From a virus (Duplodnaviria > Caudoviricetes): 53,011 nt of DNA. A model generated the notes under the pieces. The model was not told the DNA's origin. It made no database searches and worked only from the letters and a program-made list of their open reading frames with translations. The stretch is from positions 1-53,011 of IMG/VR virus record IMGVR_UViG_3300020725_000001, one strand, 5' to 3'. Position numbers and translations under genes: made by a program. How positions within the stretch are numbered: the stretch's first letter is position 1; the number at the start of each line of letters is the position of its first letter. Shown piece by piece: positions 8,778-16,523 of this stretch.

Positions 8778-11372
8778 ATGTCAGACAACGCGCAATCAGT
8801 CGCATTTAACGAAAATGCCCCACAAGACGAACGCAATGATGCGCTTGCTGAATTGCAAAAGTCCCATAAAACAAATGCTTTAAGCGATCTTATTCCAGCA
8901 GAGGCTGTTAGGGAGGTGATTGCTCATATTCACGAAGGCTATCAGGATGAAGCTATTCGTAAGGCGATGAATCCTAATATTGTTCCATTTCCAAGCAAAC
9001 ATGCTAAGCGCAGAGAAAAAGGTATGCAGTCAATCCAGTTGGATGACTGGCAGCTGTCAGTCAATGGCGACTTTTGGGAACGTCCTAGTGCATTAGGCTT
9101 TGATTCTTTACGCATGATGGTAGAGCAAACGCCTATACTAAATGCTATTGTCATGACTAGGGTAAGGCAGGTACAGCGCTTTGCTAGAGTGACAGAAGAT
9201 AATAGGGATGCGCCGGGCTTTGAAATTAAGCATATTGATAAGTCACATCAACTTAATGATGCTGAGCAAGGCTCTATTCATCAGTTAAACAGATTCATAG
9301 CTAATTGCGGGTGGGAATTTTCACCACGCAGGCGCAAAGCTTTAAGGCGTGATTCATTTGCTCAGTTCTTGGGCAAGGTAACTCGCGACACTTTAATAAT
9401 GGATTCTGTCGGCATAGAGACCGAGTGGAAGCGTGATAAAGCCCAAGGAATGGATGGCTTTTACGCTGTTGACGGTGGCTCAATACGTTTATGTACGGAA
9501 GATGGTTATCGTGGCGATGATGAAATATTTGCGCTTCAAGTTGTGCAAGGAAGAGTCAGTGCAGCTTATAGCTTTGATGATTTGATTTATGAGCCGCGCA
9601 ATCCAAGATCTGATGTCTCTGTATGCGGCTATGGTCTGCCAGAAACAGAATTGCTGGTGCGAGTGGTGACAGGCTATCTAAATGCTTTAACCTATAACAT
9701 TAAAGGCTTTGATCAGAACGCTATTCCTAAGGGTATGTTGCACTTATCTGGCAACTATACTAATCAAGATATAGATGCCTTTAAGCGCTACTGGAACTCG
9801 ATGGTTAAGGGTATCAATAATCAATGGTCATTGCCGGTCATGGTTTCAAAAGATCAAGAGTCTAGGGCGAGCTTTGAGAAATTTGGAGTAGATTATGACG
9901 AGATGTACTTCGGCAAATGGATGACCTTTTTAACCTCTATTGCTTGCGCCATTTATGGTATGTCGCCATCTGAGATTAACTTTGATTCGTTTACTGCCGG
10001 TAGCTCCTCTGCGCTAGCTGGCTCTGATACTGCTGAAAAGCTAGCGGCGTCTAAGGACAGTGGCTTGCGGCCTGTATTAGCTTATTTTGAAAACCTAATC
10101 ACTGATTACATTGTTTCTGATTTTTCAGATAAGTATGTTTTTCGATGGACAGGGCTTGACCCTCAAAACGCTGATGAAAAGTTTGAGCTGCGTAAGCTGT
10201 TATTGACAGTTAATGAGGCTAGGGCAGAGGAGGGCTATGAGGCTATAAAAGGTCCTATGGGTGATGCGCCTTTAAATCCGCAATTAGTAGGGCCATGGAT
10301 GCAATTAACCCAGCAGCAGCCTGAACAGCCAGACTTTGGACAGCCTAGTCAAAGCTCTAGCAATGATAATCAAGGTGAACAAAAAAGCGATACAGTTGAG
10401 AAAAAGCCCGATAGCGATACAGTAGAGCCTGCTCAAGAAGAGCAAGCGGCTGAACCAGCTAAGCCTGCGCAGCCTGCTCAAGGTGCTGAATTAGCAAATG
10501 GTGATGAGGGATTGAGTAAATCATTTGAAGGTCATAAAGGCAGACCAGGGCATCAAGGCGGAAGTCAGGCCAAGTCTTCAACTGATAGTGATGAGGATTA
10601 TTCGGCTCATTTACCAGATTCATCAAAAATTAGCTCACTTGAAGAGGCTGAAAAATACTTTAAAGATAATATTGAAGGAAACTGGGCTATCACCATTAAA
10701 AGAAAGGCTGGGTTATTTGATGCAAAGCTAAATTTTAAGCAAAATCAGGATCATGCTTATACTAAAAAAAATAATGAAACTAATAAAAGGGAGTTTGAGG
10801 CTAAAAGAGCTTCTATGATGCAGTATATGGTGGACTGTATTGCTGATCCAGATGCTATCTTAGAAAACGGTGATAGGGAGATATTTGTAGAAAAAAATAT
10901 TAATGGCGTTAATTATGTGGTTATTCTTAGTTGGTTTGAAAAAGAAAAGGAGTATCGCTTTAGATCGGCTCATTATTGGAGTAATAAGGAATTTGATCAA
11001 AATCGTAAATATTACAAAATGCCAGCTCCAAAAGGCAGGAAGTCCACTAAAAACAAAGCCCCTGAAAGGCTTAGTAAGTCTTTAGGGGCTTTAATCAAAG
11101 ACACTGAAAATTTTGATAAGTCTTTAGTGTCTGCATCCGCACGGTTTTTAGACCTTACGGCCCCGCCCTTACCGATTTACCCGGAATCGCTCCAGCACCT
11201 ATCAGATAGGCTCGATTGGGGACTTGACAGTGACGGCATCCCCCACGAAAGTAATTTTAGATGTATGGCTGATTTTGTCAAGTCTTTGGGTGGTTGGAAT
11301 GAATTTGATTTTGAAAAAACAGAAGAGCTGGATTTTGGAACGCCTACACAAGTTATTTACACGATTGAATGA
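8778..11372 (+). CDS. Portal protein with C-terminal appended putative BECR/PBECR RNase domain
   Basis: Follows terL; YAVDGGSIR, GYGLPETE, PKGMLHL, LTVNEARAEEG portal motifs; acidic linker, then GHKGRPG and HAYTK...R...DPDAIL...FRSAHY. Confidence 0.88.
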   Translation: MSDNAQSVAFNENAPQDERNDALAELQKSHKTNALSDLIPAEAVREVIAHIHEGYQDEAIRKAMNPNIVPFPSKHAKRREKGMQSIQLDDWQLSVNGDFWERPSALGFDSLRMMVEQTPILNAIVMTRVRQVQRFARVTEDNRDAPGFEIKHIDKSHQLNDAEQGSIHQLNRFIANCGWEFSPRRRKALRRDSFAQFLGKVTRDTLIMDSVGIETEWKRDKAQGMDGFYAVDGGSIRLCTEDGYRGDDEIFALQVVQGRVSAAYSFDDLIYEPRNPRSDVSVCGYGLPETELLVRVVTGYLNALTYNIKGFDQNAIPKGMLHLSGNYTNQDIDAFKRYWNSMVKGINNQWSLPVMVSKDQESRASFEKFGVDYDEMYFGKWMTFLTSIACAIYGMSPSEINFDSFTAGSSSALAGSDTAEKLAASKDSGLRPVLAYFENLITDYIVSDFSDKYVFRWTGLDPQNADEKFELRKLLLTVNEARAEEGYEAIKGPMGDAPLNPQLVGPWMQLTQQQPEQPDFGQPSQSSSNDNQGEQKSDTVEKKPDSDTVEPAQEEQAAEPAKPAQPAQGAELANGDEGLSKSFEGHKGRPGHQGGSQAKSSTDSDEDYSAHLPDSSKISSLEEAEKYFKDNIEGNWAITIKRKAGLFDAKLNFKQNQDHAYTKKNNETNKREFEAKRASMMQYMVDCIADPDAILENGDREIFVEKNINGVNYVVILSWFEKEKEYRFRSAHYWSNKEFDQNRKYYKMPAPKGRKSTKNKAPERLSKSLGALIKDTENFDKSLVSASARFLDLTAPPLPIYPESLQHLSDRLDWGLDSDGIPHESNFRCMADFVKSLGGWNEFDFEKTEELDFGTPTQVIYTIE
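11047..11281 (-). ncRNA. Putative antisense RNA unit 1 (promoter, ~200 nt structured RNA, terminator) inside portal 3' end
   Basis: Minus-strand TTGACA (11281-11276), 16 nt, TAAAAT (11259-11254); several hairpins; terminal hairpin 11055-11092 followed by TTTGTTTTT on minus. Confidence 0.55.
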
Positions 11373-12004
11373 TAATGAAAAAAACTAATTTACAACAAAA
11401 ACTACCCATACAAAGCCGAAATGTTATAGATGGCGATGTGCTTTATTTTAAACATCCAGAGCATGGCGCATTATCTGGAAAGGTTCATGCTGTCGGTCAG
11501 CATGGCGTTCAGGTTCTTCATGAAAGCGGCGAGGATGGAGTGGTGCGCGTACCTTGGGCTGATGTGTTGGGGCATAAAGAACGTAGAGCCAGAAAGCTTG
11601 TTTTAGTTGAACGTGGCGAAGATGGCGCTATTGCTGAGGATGAAGATGGTAATCGTGTTTATGTCGAAGGCGAGGTGCCAGAGGAAGAAAAACCACTCAA
11701 TAAAGCATTGCCTAGTGGTGATATTTCAGTGTTTGCGTTGAAAGAGCAAGCGGCCATTGATGCTGCGCTTATTTCTGCTGGATTTGTTCCGTCGATTGAG
11801 TACATACGCAAATCTTATGGTGAGCATTGGAACGAGCCACAAGTGAGTGCAGAAACGATTGCAGAAGCTCCTAAAGTAGACCTAGAGCCGTTGATTAAAG
11901 CGATTGCAGAGATTAAGGCTCATGCTGATATGGCTATTACTAATTTGCGTTCAGAACTAGCGTTAAAGTTAGCGCTTGGGGAAGGGAATGGCGCTGCTGA
12001 TTGA
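11369..12004 (+). CDS. Hypothetical head-associated protein
   Basis: ORF coupled between portal and MuF-like gene; SH3/KOW-like GDVLYF...GKVHAVGQHG. Confidence 0.65.
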   Translation: MIMKKTNLQQKLPIQSRNVIDGDVLYFKHPEHGALSGKVHAVGQHGVQVLHESGEDGVVRVPWADVLGHKERRARKLVLVERGEDGAIAEDEDGNRVYVEGEVPEEEKPLNKALPSGDISVFALKEQAAIDAALISAGFVPSIEYIRKSYGEHWNEPQVSAETIAEAPKVDLEPLIKAIAEIKAHADMAITNLRSELALKLALGEGNGAAD

Positions 12005-14201
12005 TATATCAAATATTCCAGAGTGCTCTTGTGATGGCGCATTAGAGCATCTACACAAAGCACTGAATGATGAAGACGGTTTAGCGCATGATATTTGGGC
12101 GCAACATGAAAGCCCATTTATACGTGAGCTAATCGAAAAGTTTACTGATCGTGGCCTATTTAAGATTGCTAAGGTTCAGGAGGAGTTGAAAAAGTGGCTG
12201 GCAGGCGATTATTACGTTCCTGCTCTAAGGCACACAACAGTTCCTGTAGGTTATATGGGTCGTTGGACACAAGCAGAGCTTGATTTAGTTTATACCTATT
12301 TGCAAAACATACCGCCAGATTTAATGACGCTAAATGATTGGTCTATGCTGATTGATTATACAGTACAGCGATATTTGCCGGCTGATCAACTTAATGAAGA
12401 GGCTGAGTGGCTAGCGGTTAAGTCGGGATTAATGGGAAAGGCGCAAGTGCACATGGACAATATTGATATTGCTGCAGCTGCAACCATTGTTGAGGCATTG
12501 CCTTCGACTGTAGTAGAAGCGGTAACGATGTTTAACCTATCTCCAGCTGCTGAAGCGATTATGGAATATGGCAAGCTTTATGGTTGCGAGAATGTTCAGG
12601 CTGTTTCTGATGGGTTTAGGCATAAGCTTAAGAAGGTCATTTTAAATCATGAGTCAGCTAAGCTATTGAATGATGAGTCGTCTAATGCTCAGACGCTAGA
12701 ACAAGCTTTATTTGATACGTTTTCATCTGCAAATAGAGACTGGCGTAGGATCGCGCTAACAGAAGCCGGTGAAATGGCTAATCAAGGCGTTATTGCTTCA
12801 TTGCCTGCTGGGTCTAAAGTTAGGCGCATGGAAATGTACAGAGGCGCCTGCCCATTTTGTAAAAAGATCGATGGGCGAATTTTTAGCGTGGTTGATCCGT
12901 CCTCTGAAGACAAGGACGGCACTAAGGAAGTTTGGGTAGGTAAAACCAATATAGGCCGATCATCGTCCCCACGAAAGCGTAGCGGTGATGAGTTGGTCGA
13001 GCGACTGCCATCTGAATTATGGTGGGTAGGTGCGGGAGTAATGCATCCCCATTGCTTTATTAATCCAAGGGTTCTAATTTACACAGTGCAGGGTTATAAG
13101 CCAATTTCAGATATAAAAGTTGGTGATTTAGTCTTGACTCACAAAGGAAGATTTAAGCCTGTAAATTGGGTTCTTAGTGGAAAGAAGCATACGGGCAACG
13201 TGATCGGCCTAACATTGGGTACTAAAAATAAAAAGAGAATGCCTTTTACAACTCCAGAGCACCCTTATTTAACATCGAGGGGATGGATTAAGTCAGGAGA
13301 TATAGTTGTTGGCGACAGAATTGTTGCTCTTTCTAAAATATGCCAAGGTTGCGGCAAGCCATTTGTTAATTTAAAGCACCCAAATGTTAATAATTGTGGG
13401 AAATCTTGCGTAGAGCCTAGTGGAAGTAATCAATTTTCTGAGCCAGACACAAGGGACGAGGCTAGGCAGGTTACTTCAGAAGCCAATAAGAAAAGAATGC
13501 GGCTAATGACTGTTGAGCAAAGGAGAGATCTTACTAAAAAGGCAAGAATTTCAGCCAAGGAAAAAGGGTATGAGTGGTTAAGAAGTGACGACGTTAAAAA
13601 AAGATCTGCAATTTCAAATGCAAATAAAAACTATACTCCCAGTGGCATTGAGTTATCTATACACAGAGAGCTTTTAGAGCTTGGTGTAGAGCCTACGCTA
13701 CAACACAGGGTTCTTTCTGGAATGAAAGACATCTCTGGAAGGGTGCGTTACTGGTGGTTAGATATAGCATTGACAGAGCAAAAAATAGCCATAGAGATAG
13801 ATGGCGCTGCTTGGCACAGAAGAGGCGAATTTATCTCAAGAGATGATCGTAGGGATAATGATCTTACTAGCATGGGGTGGACTGTTATGCGATTTGATCA
13901 TGAATTAGCAAAAGCTAACCCTAGTTTTATTGCCCAAGAAATAGCAAGATTGGCTATGAATCATTCTGGTGATTATGTGTTTTCAGACATAGAGGTTACT
14001 GATATTTGTGAAAAGGAGGTTGCAAATAAAAGGCTTTATAACTTTGGTGTTGAAGATGATGAGTCTTACATTATTGGCGGTGGAATTGTAGTGCATAATT
14101 GCCGTGGCCAGTGGGTGGCTATGGATTCGTCAGCTTTTGGTGATGATCCTGAGTTTGCTAGCTTTTTATCCAATTTGTTTAGTCATCAAGAGGGATTGTG
14201 A
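11988..14201 (+). CDS. Head morphogenesis (MuF/gp7-like) protein containing an intein
   Basis: RDWRRIALTE, CPFC and HPH|CRG motif split by an intein. Confidence 0.85.
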   Translation: MALLIDISNIPECSCDGALEHLHKALNDEDGLAHDIWAQHESPFIRELIEKFTDRGLFKIAKVQEELKKWLAGDYYVPALRHTTVPVGYMGRWTQAELDLVYTYLQNIPPDLMTLNDWSMLIDYTVQRYLPADQLNEEAEWLAVKSGLMGKAQVHMDNIDIAAAATIVEALPSTVVEAVTMFNLSPAAEAIMEYGKLYGCENVQAVSDGFRHKLKKVILNHESAKLLNDESSNAQTLEQALFDTFSSANRDWRRIALTEAGEMANQGVIASLPAGSKVRRMEMYRGACPFCKKIDGRIFSVVDPSSEDKDGTKEVWVGKTNIGRSSSPRKRSGDELVERLPSELWWVGAGVMHPHCFINPRVLIYTVQGYKPISDIKVGDLVLTHKGRFKPVNWVLSGKKHTGNVIGLTLGTKNKKRMPFTTPEHPYLTSRGWIKSGDIVVGDRIVALSKICQGCGKPFVNLKHPNVNNCGKSCVEPSGSNQFSEPDTRDEARQVTSEANKKRMRLMTVEQRRDLTKKARISAKEKGYEWLRSDDVKKRSAISNANKNYTPSGIELSIHRELLELGVEPTLQHRVLSGMKDISGRVRYWWLDIALTEQKIAIEIDGAAWHRRGEFISRDDRRDNDLTSMGWTVMRFDHELAKANPSFIAQEIARLAMNHSGDYVFSDIEVTDICEKEVANKRLYNFGVEDDESYIIGGGIVVHNCRGQWVAMDSSAFGDDPEFASFLSNLFSHQEGL
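13053..14099 (+). mobile_element. Intein (349 aa) with DUF559/Vsr-like homing endonuclease
   Basis: Starts CFINPRVLIYT...KPISDIKVGDLVLTHKG, TPEHPYLT block B, ends YNFGVEDDESY...VVHN followed by Cys; internal LDIA...IAIEIDG..WH...GWTVMRF. Confidence 0.92.
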
Positions 14202-14905
14202 TGCTTAAAAAATGCTTAGCAATGGCAGTATTATGTCTGCCATTAACAGTGAGTGCAAAAGGAAGTCATAAGCTTGATACGACGCCAGAGGTTGCAGTTG
14301 GCGCTGTAACTGCTCAAATTGAAGATAACTATTATCACAACACCAATTCATTTGATAGTAATGGTAATTTATTGCCTGTTGATACTGACTATATTAATGC
14401 CACAATTGGTTATTCATTTGATTTTGGGCTGACTGTTCAGGCGGCCACCTATAACTGTCCTATATTTGGTAGAGGTGCTCAAAACTTTGAGTGCGATACT
14501 TACATTAATATTATTCAGCGCTTCAATTTGACAGAGCATTTTGGTGTAAATATTGGATCTCAAAATGGCACAGTCTTTGGTGCACTACCACAATGGCATC
14601 ATGTTGATTTTGGCTTGCTGTCTTATCAAGTCACTAATGATATAGAGATTCATTCTGGCAGTTATTTTGTTAATAGTTATTTGGCAACTATTCCTGTTGA
14701 TGTGATCGATGTAACAACAGGCTTTGTTGTTAAGTTTAATGAGAAATTTAGCTGGGAAATGGATTACTTTGGCGGACATAATAACTTATCAGGTGCGCAG
14801 TTAAACTGGTTTTATAAAAGTTACTATTTGGGTGTGATCATACCTGAATCAGGCTCAGGCAATCAGTATGCAGGTGTAGTAGGTATGCGAATTACATCGT
14901 GGTAG
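14198..14905 (+). CDS. Putative outer-membrane beta-barrel protein
   Basis: Signal peptide MLKKCLAMAVLCLPLTVSA; alternating beta-strand pattern; C-terminal aromatic (GMRITSW). Confidence 0.6.
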   Translation: MMLKKCLAMAVLCLPLTVSAKGSHKLDTTPEVAVGAVTAQIEDNYYHNTNSFDSNGNLLPVDTDYINATIGYSFDFGLTVQAATYNCPIFGRGAQNFECDTYINIIQRFNLTEHFGVNIGSQNGTVFGALPQWHHVDFGLLSYQVTNDIEIHSGSYFVNSYLATIPVDVIDVTTGFVVKFNEKFSWEMDYFGGHNNLSGAQLNWFYKSYYLGVIIPESGSGNQYAGVVGMRITSW

Positions 14906-14919
14906 TTTTGCTTTATTTT

Positions 14920-14936
14920 GGTCGTGACAATACGAT
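14920..14936 (+). promoter_or_regulatory. Putative late promoter GGTCGTGAC-AA-TACGAT
   Basis: Recurrent motif 16 nt upstream of tRNA-Asn. Confidence 0.75.
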
Positions 14937-14952
14937 TAGTCTTGTTAATTAT

Positions 14953-15027
14953 TCCTTGATAGCTCAGTGGTAGAGCGGTTGACTGTTAATCAATTGGTCG
15001 GTGGTTCGAGCCCATCTCAGGGAGCCA
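14953..15027 (+). tRNA. tRNA-Asn(GTT)
   Basis: Cloverleaf TCCTTGA/TCAGGGA, anticodon loop CTGTTAA, TTCGAG T-loop, encoded CCA. Confidence 0.93.
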
Positions 15028-15096
15028 AAAAAAACGGCAATGCTGGAAGTCGGTAATGACCATGCGGATTCATGGACAAAGACAGTGTAATTTATA

Positions 15097-15172
15097 GGGG
15101 TCATAGCTCAGCTGATAGAGCGCTTGCCTTGCACGCAAGAGGTCGGGAGTTTGATCCTCCCTGGCTCCACCA
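15097..15172 (+). tRNA. tRNA-Ala(TGC)
   Basis: GGGGTCA/TGGCTCC acceptor with G3:U70, anticodon loop CTTGCAC, encoded CCA; atypical A19/U56. Confidence 0.88.
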
Positions 15173-15200
15173 TTATTAAAACTATTTATGACATATAAGT

Positions 15201-15401
15201 TTGTTAAAGCTCCTGATGAATATCCAGGGAAGATTTATACATGCGGCAAAAAATAATGACAGGAGCTTGAACTATGAAATAGTTGCAAGGCTTGAAGCGT
15301 CTCTTACAGTTGGGAATGATTTTGAGGGACTAAGTCCTGAACAAGCTCAGGCTGTAAAATTAATTATTTCTCAATTTAAGCAGGTCAATCCTGCTCAATA
15401 G
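15201..15401 (+). CDS. Arc-family ribbon-helix-helix protein (start uncertain, possibly frameshifted)
   Basis: AAKNNDRSLNYEIVARLEASL. Confidence 0.6.
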   Translation: MLKLLMNIQGRFIHAAKNNDRSLNYEIVARLEASLTVGNDFEGLSPEQAQAVKLIISQFKQVNPAQ

Positions 15402-15429
15402 ATGCTCGAAACATTTGGGGTGCGTCAAA

Positions 15430-15681
15430 TTAAAGCAACTTCACCAATGCCGCAATTACAGCCACTTGCGCCATCATTAAAGCGCCTACCCATTTAACAA
15501 TATCAACTTTAAGTTCAAGAAGGTCAGTCTTAGAGGCTAGTGGTGCTATATCATTCTTAGTAGCTAACTCGCTTTGCGATTTTTTAAGAACAGCAATCAC
15601 TGTTTCTGATTGTTTTCTAGTAAATCCACTAGTTTCAAGTTCGTTAACTAATTCGTTGGTATCAAAAGTAATCGTTGTCAT
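15430..15681 (-). CDS. DUF1640/CCDC90-like protein (moron)
   Basis: MTTITFDTNE...SGFTRKQSE...LATKNDI...IVKWVG...AALVKLL. Confidence 0.85.
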   Translation of the reverse strand: MTTITFDTNELVNELETSGFTRKQSETVIAVLKKSQSELATKNDIAPLASKTDLLELKVDIVKWVGALMMAQVAVIAALVKLL

Positions 15682-15790
15682 CGCTATAGCTCCTTAAGAT
15701 AATTTTATCAACATACCGAAACGGTTGTGGGTTGTCAAATATCCACGTCCTACCATTTTATGTTTTGCATTTAATTGTTAGCTTGTCTTA

Positions 15791-15807
15791 GGTCGTGACA
15801 CCAGAAT
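15791..15807 (+). promoter_or_regulatory. Putative late promoter GGTCGTGAC-AC-CAGAAT
   Basis: Recurrent intergenic motif. Confidence 0.75.
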
Positions 15808-15828
15808 TTAACAAATCAATTAAATTTA

Positions 15829-16113
15829 ATGGGTAGTGTTATGGCGACTGAAAGAGCAGTGGATGTTTCAAAAAAAATAGATTCTAAGTTTAAGGCTGGG
15901 GTAAGTGGTAATCCGCTGGGCAGACCTAAGCAGACCGAAGAAATTAAAATGGCTAAGGTTAGAGATGCTTTAGATAAAAACATTGTCGCAATTTTTTATA
16001 AGGTTTTAGATAGTGCGCTTGCTGGCGATATTCAGGCGGCAGGGTTAATATTTGAAATTTATGGCTTATCAAATCGTATTTTAGATGTTAAGCCTGACTT
16101 AAACGCGAAATGA
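15829..16113 (+). CDS. DUF5681-like (TerS-type) small protein
   Basis: KFKAGVSGNPLGRPK motif; ALAGDIQAA. Confidence 0.65.
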   Translation: MGSVMATERAVDVSKKIDSKFKAGVSGNPLGRPKQTEEIKMAKVRDALDKNIVAIFYKVLDSALAGDIQAAGLIFEIYGLSNRILDVKPDLNAK

Positions 16114-16117
16114 TATT

Positions 16118-16519
16118 ATGAGTAATTCATCAGAAAAAGATCATCCTTTTGTTGTAGGCAAGGCAGATTGCAAGGGAAATCCTGAAAAAGCATCGTCATT
16201 AAAGTTTGCTGGCCGCGAGTATCATGCCTCAGGCAAGTCCGGCAAATCAATTCACGACGATACACCGGTGCGTGAGTTTGAGCATGAAAGCGGACATAAG
16301 GTCTGGATGGATGATGCTGCGCGTGTTCATGCTAATAATGAGGATGAAGTTGATAGCTTGCGCCAAGATGCAGATAAGGGGCTGACTGAAGATACTAGCA
16401 AAACTGACAGCCAAGTTGATGGCAAGCGTCCAGGTAAAGACATTCCAGAGAAAATGACAAAGGCTTTGTTCTTTATGTCTGCTGATCAATCAGAGTTGTT
16501 TTTAAATCTGATTGATTGA
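16118..16519 (+). CDS. Hypothetical protein (putative head-internal)
   Basis: ORF; C-terminal MTKALF motif. Confidence 0.55.
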   Translation: MSNSSEKDHPFVVGKADCKGNPEKASSLKFAGREYHASGKSGKSIHDDTPVREFEHESGHKVWMDDAARVHANNEDEVDSLRQDADKGLTEDTSKTDSQVDGKRPGKDIPEKMTKALFFMSADQSELFLNLID

Positions 16520-16523
16520 GTTT

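Noticed and set aside
15028-15096. Third tRNA between Asn and Ala
   Set aside because: No cloverleaf, T-loop or CCA
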